Shown piece after piece: positions 29,045-38,452 of a stretch of DNA of 64,000 nt. The stretch is from Algoriphagus marincola HL-49 (GTDB taxonomy: Bacteria; Bacteroidota; Bacteroidia; Cytophagales; Cyclobacteriaceae). Numbering within the stretch: the first letter of the stretch is position 1; each line of letters starts with the position of its first letter. Position numbers and translations under genes: made by a program. The notes beneath the pieces are model-generated. The model made no database searches. It was given only the letters and a program-made list of their open reading frames with translations, and had not been told where the DNA came from. The stretch lies in NCBI GenBank assembly GCA_001314815.1, contig LJXT01000001.1:7301-71300 (forward strand), read 5' to 3'.

Positions 29045-29242
29045 ATGGAAAAAGTAACGATTAGTATCCTTGATAAGAAGGCATTCAAAAAGCTTGAAGC
29101 ACTTGCAAAACAAAAATTGATAGAAATTAATAAGGGGCAAACCAGTTCAACGGTAGACTGGGAAAAGTATGTTGGCAGTGTTAAAAAGCTACCCCTTTCT
29201 GAGATTGAGAAAGATATTAAGGAATTTAGAAACTGGGAATAA
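29045..29242 (+). CDS. Probable antitoxin (VapB partner)
   Basis: 65 aa charged protein ending IKEFRNWE; its stop overlaps the PIN gene start. Confidence 0.75.
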   Translation: MEKVTISILDKKAFKKLEALAKQKLIEINKGQTSSTVDWEKYVGSVKKLPLSEIEKDIKEFRNWE

Positions 29243-29622
29243 TGGTATGGGATACAAATGCAATAATTTTTTTTCTGCAGGATCTCCTTCCAGAATCCTC
29301 CAAACTCTCACTTTTTAAGGAATTAAATCGACGTGATCAATATTATTCCATCATTACAGAAATAGAACTTTTATCTTGGAAGAGGCTCACAGAAAAAGAG
29401 AAACTGGTGATTTCGGATTTTTTATCCCATTTCAGAAAAATAGAACTTTCTGAAGAAGTCAAGGACGAAACTATCCGCATTAGAAAGAAATTAAACATTA
29501 AAATTCCTGATGCTATAATAGCTGCTTCAGCTCTAGTACAAGGGCAGGAATTATTAACTCACAATCAAAAGGATTTTGAAAAAGTAAAGGGACTGCGAAT
29601 TTTTAATCCAATGGAGCTTTAG
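29242..29622 (+). CDS. vapC: PIN-domain VapC toxin
   Basis: DTNA, ITEIELL, KIPDAIIAASA, LLTHNQKDF acidic PIN core. Confidence 0.9.
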   Translation: MVWDTNAIIFFLQDLLPESSKLSLFKELNRRDQYYSIITEIELLSWKRLTEKEKLVISDFLSHFRKIELSEEVKDETIRIRKKLNIKIPDAIIAASALVQGQELLTHNQKDFEKVKGLRIFNPMEL

Positions 29623-29650
29623 AAAATTATTTTGTAAAATTATTAACTAG

Positions 29651-29675
29651 GTCCTCGACTCGGCTCGGACTGACA
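29651..29675. repeat. Solitary REP-like element
   Basis: Reverse strand TGTCAGTCCGAGCCGAGTCGAGGAC: GTCC/GGAC stem with GA mismatches, resembling Bacteroidota REP-like hairpins. Confidence 0.6.
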
Positions 29676-29767
29676 TTGTCCTAGACTCCCTTCGAATCTT
29701 TTTAACCCAAAATTCCCCTTCAAGTAAAATTAACTTTTCTTCTTTCCAGAAGACTATCTTAAAACAA

Positions 29768-29799
29768 AAAAACCGCAGAACTCAGGCCCTGCGGTTTTT
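29768..29799. terminator. Intrinsic terminator (bidirectional) after the DPP IV gene
   Basis: AAAAACCGCAG-10nt-CTGCGGTTTTT. Confidence 0.85.
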
Positions 29800-29818
29800 A
29801 TCTTTTTTTGAAAATCAA

Positions 29819-32005
29819 TTACAGTTTTCGCTTAAGGAAATCGGTCATTTGAGAATACAAATGCCAAGTGGTATTTCCTCCATAGATCCCATGGTTTCGG
29901 TTTGGATAATAGAAGGTCTCAAACTGCTTATCCGCCGTGATCAGGGCATCAACCAGGTCAACTGTGTTTTGGAAATGAACATTATCATCACCCGTACCAT
30001 GAATCAGTAGAAAATTCCCTTTCAACTTGTTCACATGAGTGATCGGGCTATTGTCATCATAGCCTGCAGGATTGAGTTGCGGTGTCTGAAGATAGCGCTC
30101 AGTGTAAATCGTATCATAGTATCTCCAAGTGGTTACAGGCGCCACAGCGATGGCAGTTTTGAAGACATCATTGCCTATCATCAAGGAAAGAGAAGACATG
30201 TATCCTCCGTACGACCATCCCCAGATTCCGATTCGACCCGGATCTACAAAGGCTTGCTTCGCAAAATACTTCGCTCCTTCTATCTGATCAATAGTTTCTA
30301 ATTTCCCAAGGTTCGCATAGGTCGAATGCTTGAAGTCACGACCCCGGGCTCCTGTACCGCGATTGTCTACACAGGCTACGATATAACCCTCAGCCACCAA
30401 AGCCTGATGCCAAAAGTCACGGGTACCACCCCAAGAATTCAAGACATTTTGAGAACCTGGACCGCCATAAACGTACATCAGCACCGGATATTTTTTATTT
30501 GGGTCAAAATCTGCCGGCTTGATCATATATCCGTTCAAGGAGGTACCATCCACTGTAGGAAAAGTGAAAAACTCCTTTTTACCCAAGGCAAAGCTTTTCA
30601 AGGTCTGCTCCAAAGCTTCATTTTCTTCCAAAGTTTTTACAGGCGTACCATTTGCTTCGCAAAGCACAACTTTTTGAGGGATTTCGGTAGTAGAGAAATA
30701 ATCGATAAAGAAACGATGGTCCGGACTCATATTGATTCGGTGCGTACCGGATAGTGGAGTTAGGGATTTTTTATTTTTCCCATTCAAATCAACCACATAA
30801 AAGTTTCGCTCAAGTGGGGATACCTCGGTAGATACAAAATAGATTTTCTTTCCTTTTTCGTCCACTCCAACCAATTCTGTCACTTCCCAATCACCGGAAG
30901 TAACCTGCTTGATTAAGCTTCCATCCATGGCATGATGGTAGATATGCTTGAAGCCATCCTGCTCCGATGTTCGGATAAAGCTTTTTCCATCACTCAGATA
31001 TTGGAGATTGTCATTGTAGTTCAGGTCCACATAGGTCTCTGACTTTTCCGAAATGATCAACTTGCTTTCGCCTGTATTTGCATTGGCGTGAAATAGATCC
31101 AGTTGATTTTGGAGACGATTGAGTCGGATAAAAGCCAGTTGATTGGGATCTTGCGTCCAGTAAATTCTGGGAAGGTAAATATCAGTCTCCGAACCAGCAT
31201 CCATTTTCTGGATATTACCAGATGTCAAATCATAGACATGAATACTAACCTCCGCATTCTTTTCTCCTGCCTTTGGATATTTGAATCGGTAATCGGCCGG
31301 ATAAAGCGGCCCCCAGAGTTGCATATTAAACTCAGGAACATTTGTCTCATCAAAGCGGATAAATGCGATTTTCTTCCCATCTGGAGACCATTTGAAAGCC
31401 TGTGCCATGGAAAACTCCTCTTCATAGACCCAATCTGCAGCTCCATTGATGATTTTGTTCCATTCGCCGTCTTGAGTGATTTGGGTCATCACATTGCTTG
31501 ACAAATCGACCATGAATAGGTCATTATCCTTGACGAAAGCGACCTTGTTATTGTCAGGTGAAAGCGTGGCATAAGAGATTTTCTCTCCATCTGCGAGTTG
31601 CTGCTTTTCGCCAGTAGCCATATCAACCACATAGAATATTCCCTTGCTGGATCTTCGGTAGATAGACTCCACATCAGATGCAATCAGCGCTTTGGACTCA
31701 TCCGTATTGAAGGAATAGGAAGTAAATTTGACTCCAAGCGCCCTGCCGTCTATAAGGACCGCTTCTTCCTCGCCCGTTGCAAGATTGATCTTGACCACCA
31801 TGGGAGAGCCAGCCCGATTCACCAAACTGCTGTAAAATTGCCCGTCTTTCATCCAGTTGATGCCATAGACGGATTTTTGGGAGAAGGTGCCTTTTTTAAA
31901 AACATCCTCAAGCGTTACTTTTTTCAAAGCCTGTGCTTGTAGCATGGAGGCTGTGCTGATCAAAACCAGTAAAAGCATACCGGTCTTTTTCAAACTTTTA
32001 ATCAT
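29819..32005 (-). CDS. Dipeptidyl-peptidase IV, S9B family
   Basis: DWVYEEE, GWSYGG nucleophile, GTGDDNVH, NRNHGI catalytic His. Confidence 0.95.
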   Translation of the reverse strand: MIKSLKKTGMLLLVLISTASMLQAQALKKVTLEDVFKKGTFSQKSVYGINWMKDGQFYSSLVNRAGSPMVVKINLATGEEEAVLIDGRALGVKFTSYSFNTDESKALIASDVESIYRRSSKGIFYVVDMATGEKQQLADGEKISYATLSPDNNKVAFVKDNDLFMVDLSSNVMTQITQDGEWNKIINGAADWVYEEEFSMAQAFKWSPDGKKIAFIRFDETNVPEFNMQLWGPLYPADYRFKYPKAGEKNAEVSIHVYDLTSGNIQKMDAGSETDIYLPRIYWTQDPNQLAFIRLNRLQNQLDLFHANANTGESKLIISEKSETYVDLNYNDNLQYLSDGKSFIRTSEQDGFKHIYHHAMDGSLIKQVTSGDWEVTELVGVDEKGKKIYFVSTEVSPLERNFYVVDLNGKNKKSLTPLSGTHRINMSPDHRFFIDYFSTTEIPQKVVLCEANGTPVKTLEENEALEQTLKSFALGKKEFFTFPTVDGTSLNGYMIKPADFDPNKKYPVLMYVYGGPGSQNVLNSWGGTRDFWHQALVAEGYIVACVDNRGTGARGRDFKHSTYANLGKLETIDQIEGAKYFAKQAFVDPGRIGIWGWSYGGYMSSLSLMIGNDVFKTAIAVAPVTTWRYYDTIYTERYLQTPQLNPAGYDDNSPITHVNKLKGNFLLIHGTGDDNVHFQNTVDLVDALITADKQFETFYYPNRNHGIYGGNTTWHLYSQMTDFLKRKL

Positions 32006-32135
32006 ATCAGAATTAATTTGGGGTAAATGCGTGAATTAACAGGGACGAATATAAGAAAATAAGGCGCTGAAGGGGCATTATCTTTGGAGGGTTTGGATAA
32101 ATTAAGCTACTTCGCATATTCATTTTACTCCAGCT

Positions 32136-33122
32136 ATGAAGAAAAAAATTGCCCTCGTTACAGGCGGATTTACCGGTGAGTCGGTGATCTCTTTGAAAAG
32201 CGCTGCTGTCGTGGAAAAAACCATAGACCGTAGCCGTTACGATGTCTATAAAATCCTAATTTATCCCAATGACTGGCATTTTATCTGCGATTCTGGAGAA
32301 AAGATTCCGGTGGACCTCAATGATTTTTCGATCACTATCGGCGATGAAAAAATCAACTTTGATGGAGTGTTCAACATTCTTCATGGTTCACCAGGGGAGG
32401 ACGGAAAGCTGGCCGGTTATTTTGACATGTTGGGAATTCCCTATACGACCTGCGACCAACTCACCTCTGCCATCACGATGAACAAGGGCTATACCAAAGC
32501 CATTGTGGACGATATTCCTGAGCTTCACATCGCCAAATCGCTTCAATTATTTGCGAATACTCTTGAAAACAAAAAACGAATCGAATCTGAATTGACTCTC
32601 CCGCTTTTTATCAAACCGAATAATGGAGGAAGTTCGATCGGGATGAGCAAGGTGAAAACTTGGGAGGAACTTCCGCAGGCTTTGGAAAGTGCCTTTGCTG
32701 AAGACAAACAGGTCTTGGTGGAGGAGTTTGTATCCGGTAGAGAATTCTCGATTGGGGTTTTTCGGGGAAAAGGTACAATCACGGTACTTCCTGCCACCGA
32801 AATCGTCAGCAGCAAGGAGTATTTTGATTTTGAGGCCAAGTATACCGCAGGAGTCACGGAAGAAATCACTCCAGGCCGAATGAGTGAAGAAGAGGCAACG
32901 CGTGTCAGCCGAATCGTTGAGAAGGTCTACGAAAAGCTCAACTGCAAAGGGGCGGTTCGAATTGATTATTTTTTGGAAAAAGAAAGCGGAAAATTTTACT
33001 TTATCGAGATCAATACCGTTCCCGGGCAAACAGAAACCAGTTTGATTTCTCAGCAGGTACGCGCCATAGGTATGGAAGTGAAAGAATTCTACAGTCAGTT
33101 GATTGAGGAGATGTTTGAGTGA
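32136..33122 (+). CDS. ddl: D-alanine--D-alanine ligase
   Basis: GGFTGESVISLKSA, LHGSPGEDG, FIKPNNGGSSIG, FDFEAKY, EINTVPG. Confidence 0.96.
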   Translation: MKKKIALVTGGFTGESVISLKSAAVVEKTIDRSRYDVYKILIYPNDWHFICDSGEKIPVDLNDFSITIGDEKINFDGVFNILHGSPGEDGKLAGYFDMLGIPYTTCDQLTSAITMNKGYTKAIVDDIPELHIAKSLQLFANTLENKKRIESELTLPLFIKPNNGGSSIGMSKVKTWEELPQALESAFAEDKQVLVEEFVSGREFSIGVFRGKGTITVLPATEIVSSKEYFDFEAKYTAGVTEEITPGRMSEEEATRVSRIVEKVYEKLNCKGAVRIDYFLEKESGKFYFIEINTVPGQTETSLISQQVRAIGMEVKEFYSQLIEEMFE

Positions 33123-33131
33123 GGTGGGGTG

Positions 33132-33189
33132 GGAAGATGGAAGATGGGAGCAAAAAGTAAGTGGTGAGCGGTAAGTAGTAAGTAGTGGG
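33132..33189 (+). repeat. Purine-rich degenerate heptamer repeats after the ddl stop
   Basis: GGAAGAT x2 then GGGAGCA; AAGTAAG TGGTGAG CGGTAAG TAGTAAG TAGTGGG. Confidence 0.75.
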
Positions 33190-33216
33190 TTTTCGTCAGT
33201 CATAGAGAAGTACAAA

Positions 33217-33491
33217 ATATCTTGTGAGGCGGAGCCGAACCTATCTTGCTGAACGAAGTGAAGCATATCTTGCCAAAGGCATATTTCATCGAGCGAAGCG
33301 TGATATATTTCTACTGTATTTCGTGAGGCCTATTTCAACGAGCGAAGCAAGTTGTATTTCCATCGTATTTCGCTAAATGCCTATTTCAACGACCAAAGCA
33401 CAAAATATCTTTTGAGGCGTAGCCGAACCTATCTTGCTGAACGAAGTGAAGCATATCTTGCCAAAGGCATATTTCCCCAAATACATATTTC
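33217..33491. repeat. Array of 15 heptamers (NTATCTT/NTATTTC) alternating with 4-17 nt inserts; includes a 76-bp direct repeat
   Basis: Parsed base by base. 33212-33287 and 33400-33475 match at 74/76. Confidence 0.92.
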
Positions 33492-33559
33492 CTGCAAATC
33501 CCTTCCTCAATGAATCGGAATACTTAACTTTGTTTATTGGTAACCAATCCCAAATCTCC

Positions 33560-34723
33560 ATGAACGAGCGCTACATGCAGCGCGGTGTTTCCGCCTCCAA
33601 AGAAGATGTGCATCAGGCCATCGCCAACCTTGACAAAGGCCTTTTTCCAAAAGCATTCTGCAAAATCGTCGAAGACACACTGGGCAATGACCCGGAATTC
33701 TGCAATATCATGCATGCAGACGGCGCAGGCACCAAGTCTTCACTGGCTTATCTCTATTGGAAAGAAACGGGTGACCTGAGCGTATGGAAAGGGATCGCTC
33801 AGGATGCCATCATCATGAATACCGACGATCTGCTATGTGTAGGTGCGATCAATAATATTCTTGTCTCCTCTACTATCGGTAGAAATAAAAACTTAATCCC
33901 TGGAGAAGTCATTTCAGCCATTATCGAAGGCACAGAAGAAGTACTTCAAATGCTTCGTGACAAAGGAGTCAACGCAGTACTTACCGGAGGAGAAACAGCC
34001 GATGTGGGCGACTTGGTGCGTACTGTGATTGTAGACAGCACCGTCACATCTCGCATGCGAAGAGAGGATGTCATCTCCAATGACAAAATTCAGGCAGGAG
34101 ACGTCATTGTTGGTTTAGCTTCTTTTGGCAAATCAAACTATGAAGCCGAATACAATGGTGGAATGGGAAGTAATGGTCTAACCTCTGCCAGACATGATGT
34201 TTTTAATAAACTTTTGAAGACGAATTATCCGGAATCTTACGACCCTGCAGTGCCGGAGGAATTGATTTACACAGGGAAATACAACCTGACTGATCCAGCA
34301 CCTGGAGCTCCTTTGGATATGGGCAAGCTCGTACTTTCCCCTACCCGAACGTATGCCCCCATCATGGTGGACGTGCTCAATTACTTGAGACCACACATTC
34401 ACGGTTTGGTTCATTGCTCCGGAGGCGCACAAACCAAAGTGCTTCATTTCATCGAAAATCTCCATGTGATCAAAGATAACCTCTTTGAGACTCCTCCTCT
34501 TTTCCGAATCATTCAGGAAGAAAGCGGCACGGACTGGAAAGAAATGTACAAGGTTTTCAATATGGGACACCGAATGGAAGTTTACCTAGATGAGCGCTAT
34601 GCCGAAGAAATCATCGATATCGCAGAATCCCACGGCGTCGAAGCTCAAATCATCGGTCGGGTCGAAGCCTCCACCGAGAAAAAGGTAACCATCCATAGCC
34701 CTTATGGGACTTATGAATACTAA
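33560..34723 (+). CDS. purM: Phosphoribosylformylglycinamidine cyclo-ligase (Bacteroidota type)
   Basis: RGVSASKEDVH, HADGAGTKS, GGETADVGD, GMGSNGLTSARH, VFNMGHRME; -7 TAACTTTG at 33525-33532. Confidence 0.95.
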   Translation: MNERYMQRGVSASKEDVHQAIANLDKGLFPKAFCKIVEDTLGNDPEFCNIMHADGAGTKSSLAYLYWKETGDLSVWKGIAQDAIIMNTDDLLCVGAINNILVSSTIGRNKNLIPGEVISAIIEGTEEVLQMLRDKGVNAVLTGGETADVGDLVRTVIVDSTVTSRMRREDVISNDKIQAGDVIVGLASFGKSNYEAEYNGGMGSNGLTSARHDVFNKLLKTNYPESYDPAVPEELIYTGKYNLTDPAPGAPLDMGKLVLSPTRTYAPIMVDVLNYLRPHIHGLVHCSGGAQTKVLHFIENLHVIKDNLFETPPLFRIIQEESGTDWKEMYKVFNMGHRMEVYLDERYAEEIIDIAESHGVEAQIIGRVEASTEKKVTIHSPYGTYEY

Positions 34724-34726
34724 TTC

Positions 34727-36076
34727 ATGAACTGGAAATCCATTTTTATCACTTTTGGAAAGGTCCTTCTCGGGATCTTTCTGTTTTTGTTGCTAGTGGC
34801 AATTTTCACCCTTACGCGTGTGGACCGATCGCCGATTGAGAATCAGGATTTTTATCAAAATACCCTCCAAAGCCTTCAAGACTTACCTATTGAATCCACC
34901 CAGGGAGATTTTTGGCTAGCAGGCTGGGGCAAGGCTAATATGACTCCCGACCAGCCGATTGATTTGGTCGGGTATGCACCACGGGGAGCTTATGATTTTG
35001 TTCAGGATAGCAGTTTTGTCAAAAGCATCGTACTGAGTAATGGCAAAAGCAGCATTGCTTGGCTAAATCTGGAACTCCTGATTGTCCACCCTTACTTGGC
35101 AAAATCCATCGAAAGCGCGGTCAAAAAAACCTTTCCTGAGCTTTCTCAAGTGATTTTCACCGCTACACATACCCATTCTGGCATGGGTGGCTACATGCCT
35201 GGTCCAGTGGGTGAATTAGCCTTTGGTGGTTTTCAGGAGGAAATAGTCCAAATGATCTCGGAGAAAAGTTTAGAGGCTATTTCTAAGGCAAAAATGGAGA
35301 TGGATACGGTTTCTATCACTTACCGAAAGGCAAATGCCGGAGAGCTGCTTGCCAACCGATTCATCAAGGATGGCCCGACAGACCCCTTTACCCGTCAGCT
35401 AATCTTCACCCAAAAATCTGGTCAAAAAGCCACCTTGATCACCTATTCGGCTCATGCCACTTGTCTCAGTTCTAAATTCATGGGGCTTTCTGGGGACTAT
35501 CCTTTCTACCTCATGAAGAACCTAGAAGAAAAAGAGTTTGACTTTGCGCTTTTTGCTTCCGGCACAGTCGGTTCTCACCGGCCAATTGCCCCTGGAAATC
35601 AGGTAATGGATATTCAGGAATACGCCTTTCAACTAGATTCTGTCAATCGCTTGAAAATGACTCGTTATGCTACGATTCGAAATACCAGCCTGAAAAATGC
35701 GCGATTGAATATTCAGCTTCGGGAACCGCACCTTCGAATTTCTGATAATTGGCGGATTCGCCCCTGGCTTTTTGACCGGCTAGTGGGAGATACCAATGCG
35801 CATTTCGATATCACACAAATTGGGAATACACTTCTGATCTCTTCTAGCGGTGAAATATCCGGCGTATTCTATAAAAAGTGGGAAAAGCTCGCTGAATCAA
35901 AGGGGCTTAACTTGATAATCACGACTTTCAACGGAGGCTATATCGGCTACATCACGCCTGATGATCTTTATGACGAGCACTTTCACGAAGTACGGGAAAT
36001 GAACTGGTATGGACCGGGGAATGGAACGTATTTCGATGTCCTGATCACAATGATTATCGAAAAAGCTGGACGCTAA
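34727..36076 (+). CDS. Neutral/alkaline ceramidase N-terminal-domain protein
   Basis: ATHTHSG, YSAHAT, LSGDYP, GGYIGYI motifs; N-terminal TM anchor. Confidence 0.8.
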   Translation: MNWKSIFITFGKVLLGIFLFLLLVAIFTLTRVDRSPIENQDFYQNTLQSLQDLPIESTQGDFWLAGWGKANMTPDQPIDLVGYAPRGAYDFVQDSSFVKSIVLSNGKSSIAWLNLELLIVHPYLAKSIESAVKKTFPELSQVIFTATHTHSGMGGYMPGPVGELAFGGFQEEIVQMISEKSLEAISKAKMEMDTVSITYRKANAGELLANRFIKDGPTDPFTRQLIFTQKSGQKATLITYSAHATCLSSKFMGLSGDYPFYLMKNLEEKEFDFALFASGTVGSHRPIAPGNQVMDIQEYAFQLDSVNRLKMTRYATIRNTSLKNARLNIQLREPHLRISDNWRIRPWLFDRLVGDTNAHFDITQIGNTLLISSSGEISGVFYKKWEKLAESKGLNLIITTFNGGYIGYITPDDLYDEHFHEVREMNWYGPGNGTYFDVLITMIIEKAGR

Positions 36077-36666
36077 TTCAGCCTCCAAATCTGAGATCGA
36101 ATCCAACCACCTTCCCATTTTTTTTCCTCCATCAGACAAAATCCAGCTTTGGAAAGCAGCCTTTCTAAATCAGGTAAATCCCCTCGGGAGTGACTGGCAA
36201 AAAGTTGAAAAAAGCGGATCATCATCCAGGTAATCATTTTCTGATAATAGGTAGAAGGAAAGAAAAAATCGGAAAGGATGAGTAAGCCGTCTGACCGGAC
36301 ATTTTTTTTCACTTTTTCAAGAAACTTGAGCATCTCCTGATCCCCCATCGTATCCAATACAAAAGGCAGGAAAATCAGATCAAATTCGGATAAGGAATTG
36401 AAGTGTCCGAGATGAAAAGACAAGTTGCTTTGGCGAAGGTTTTTTATAGCCTTTGATAGCATGCTGGGAGACAATTCCCAGTATTCTCCCTCCAACTCAG
36501 CCTCGATGGGTTTAAAATTACTTCCATCTCCTCCCCCGATGATTAATACGGCTTTGTTTGGTATCTTAGAGAAATGCATTGCATTAGCCCGTTTGAGCTT
36601 TTGGCCAAAAACAAGTGATGTCAATGCCTGGTAAGTGGAGGAAATAAATCGATACTGATCTTTCAT
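36073..36666 (-). CDS. Class I SAM-dependent methyltransferase
   Basis: VLIIGGGDG motif I, ELSPSML, FDLIFLPFVLD. Start at MKDQY. Confidence 0.8.
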   Translation of the reverse strand: MKDQYRFISSTYQALTSLVFGQKLKRANAMHFSKIPNKAVLIIGGGDGSNFKPIEAELEGEYWELSPSMLSKAIKNLRQSNLSFHLGHFNSLSEFDLIFLPFVLDTMGDQEMLKFLEKVKKNVRSDGLLILSDFFFPSTYYQKMITWMMIRFFQLFASHSRGDLPDLERLLSKAGFCLMEEKKWEGGWIRSQIWRLN

Positions 36667-36875
36667 TGGTTCCAAAATCAAAGGATTTAATTGATTAAAT
36701 CCAATACCTAAATGCATCAAGCTTGGCTGCTTCTACCAGGTTTGTCTGAGGAAAAAAGTGTGGCTTAGAAAGTCAAAACCTAGTTTAAATGGTTCAAAAG
36801 CCAGATTTTCCGAATAAATGTCTAACAAGACGGGTAAAACAGTTTATGTCGCAATAAAAACTCAATAGTTTAAAA

Positions 36876-38234
36876 ATGAAAAATCTCTTCAAAAATATCG
36901 CAAATATCCGTCAGCTTTTAAAAACAATAGACATCGACCAAATCTCCAAACTATCCAAGAAGGTGGATTTGTCCAAAATGGTTGGATTAGTTGCTAATAT
37001 GAGCGAAGAAGATCTCTCAAAAATGATGGGAATGCTCAAAGGAGGAAGCAAACCGAAGGAAATCCCGGCCATCAATGGGGATTTTTACGAGCTGGGTAGA
37101 AACCTTCCCAAACATGAGCGGGAAATCCAACTCCGAGTTCGGGATTTTATGGATCGGGAGATTAAGCCGATCGCGAATTATTATTGGAATCGGGCCGAGT
37201 TTCCGATGGAAATCATTCCAAAAATGGCCGAATTGGATATAGCCGGGCTGACCTATCAGGGTTATGGCTGTCCGGGTCATTCCTTTTTACTAGAAGGTTT
37301 CATTGCAATGGAGATGGCTAGAGTGGATACCTCGATTTCTACTTTTTTCGGAGTTCAAAGTGGACTGGCTATGGGCTCCATCTATCATTGTGGCTCCGAG
37401 GAGCAGAAAAATGAATGGCTTCCCAAAATGCAAAAGCTGGAAAAAATCGGAGCCTTTGGACTGACCGAGCCTGAAGTGGGTTCCGGTGTTGCGGGTGGAC
37501 TGACTACCACCTGCAAGCGAGAAGGAGATATGTGGATGCTGAATGGTCAGAAAAAATGGATCGGAAATGCGACCTTTTCAGATATCACCATCATTTGGGC
37601 TCGGGATCTGGAGGATCAGCAGGTAAAAGGTTTTATCGTCCGCAAAGAAAATCCGGGGTTCAAAGCCGAAAAAATGGAAGATAAAATGGCCTTGCGTACG
37701 GTTCAAAATGCGCTGATCACGTTGACAAATTGTGAAGTTCCCGAATCGGACCGCCTGCAGGAAGCCAATTCCTTTCGAGATACTGCAAAAGTCCTTCGGA
37801 TGACTCGGGCCGGAGTCGCCTGGCAAGCGGTAGGTTGTGCGCGTGGTGCGTATGAATTGGCACTTGCCTACACAAACAAGCGAAAGCAATTTGGACGACA
37901 AATCGCTTCTTTCCAGCTTGTCCAAGATTTGTTAGTCACCATGCTTGGGGATCTGACAGCGATGCAAACCATGGTCTTTCGCCTATCCCAGATGCAAGAT
38001 GATGGAGAGCTCAAGGACGAGCACGCTTCGCTAGCCAAAGTATTCTGCACGCTTCGGATGCGATCTATCGTGGATCAGGCGAGGGAATTATTCGGAGGAA
38101 ATGGAATTTTATTGGAGCATGACATTGCCCGGTTTGTAGCTGATGCAGAAGCAGTGTATAGCTATGAGGGTACCAAGGAGATCAATTCTCTGATCGTCGG
38201 CAGAGCAATCACTGGGCATAGTGCATTTATTTGA
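36876..38234 (+). CDS. Acyl-CoA dehydrogenase (glutaryl-CoA dehydrogenase-like) with N-terminal extension
   Basis: GAFGLTEP..GS, LNGQKKWIGNA, RKQFGRQIASFQLVQ, GGNGI, YSYEGT. Confidence 0.92.
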   Translation: MKNLFKNIANIRQLLKTIDIDQISKLSKKVDLSKMVGLVANMSEEDLSKMMGMLKGGSKPKEIPAINGDFYELGRNLPKHEREIQLRVRDFMDREIKPIANYYWNRAEFPMEIIPKMAELDIAGLTYQGYGCPGHSFLLEGFIAMEMARVDTSISTFFGVQSGLAMGSIYHCGSEEQKNEWLPKMQKLEKIGAFGLTEPEVGSGVAGGLTTTCKREGDMWMLNGQKKWIGNATFSDITIIWARDLEDQQVKGFIVRKENPGFKAEKMEDKMALRTVQNALITLTNCEVPESDRLQEANSFRDTAKVLRMTRAGVAWQAVGCARGAYELALAYTNKRKQFGRQIASFQLVQDLLVTMLGDLTAMQTMVFRLSQMQDDGELKDEHASLAKVFCTLRMRSIVDQARELFGGNGILLEHDIARFVADAEAVYSYEGTKEINSLIVGRAITGHSAFI

Positions 38235-38452
38235 TGAAATTTAGCCTCTAAAGGTATCAGATCTGAAACCTACCTGCAGATCTATCAATCGCTTAGCAAT
38301 ATAACCCCAACCTGCCCGAAAATAAGATAAACCGCCCACCAAGAGATTACCGAATATTCCCCTGTGTTTATAATTTGACATTGATCAGGGTGATTTAGCT
38401 GTCTCTACACCTAGCCATTTAAGGCATTGTTTATTGGTATAGAAATACTCTT

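Noticed and set aside
33217-33491. Possible CRISPR array
   Set aside because: Repeats are 7 bp, inserts are 4-17 nt and self-complementary, and there is no leader or cas gene. Reported instead as a non-CRISPR array.
33434-33559. N-terminal extensions given by the ORF track (purM, and likewise GT2, hpf, rpsU, atpC, NlpC, MBL, UbiA-like and the antitoxin)
   Set aside because: They run through promoters or repeats. Downstream ATGs match the family N-termini.
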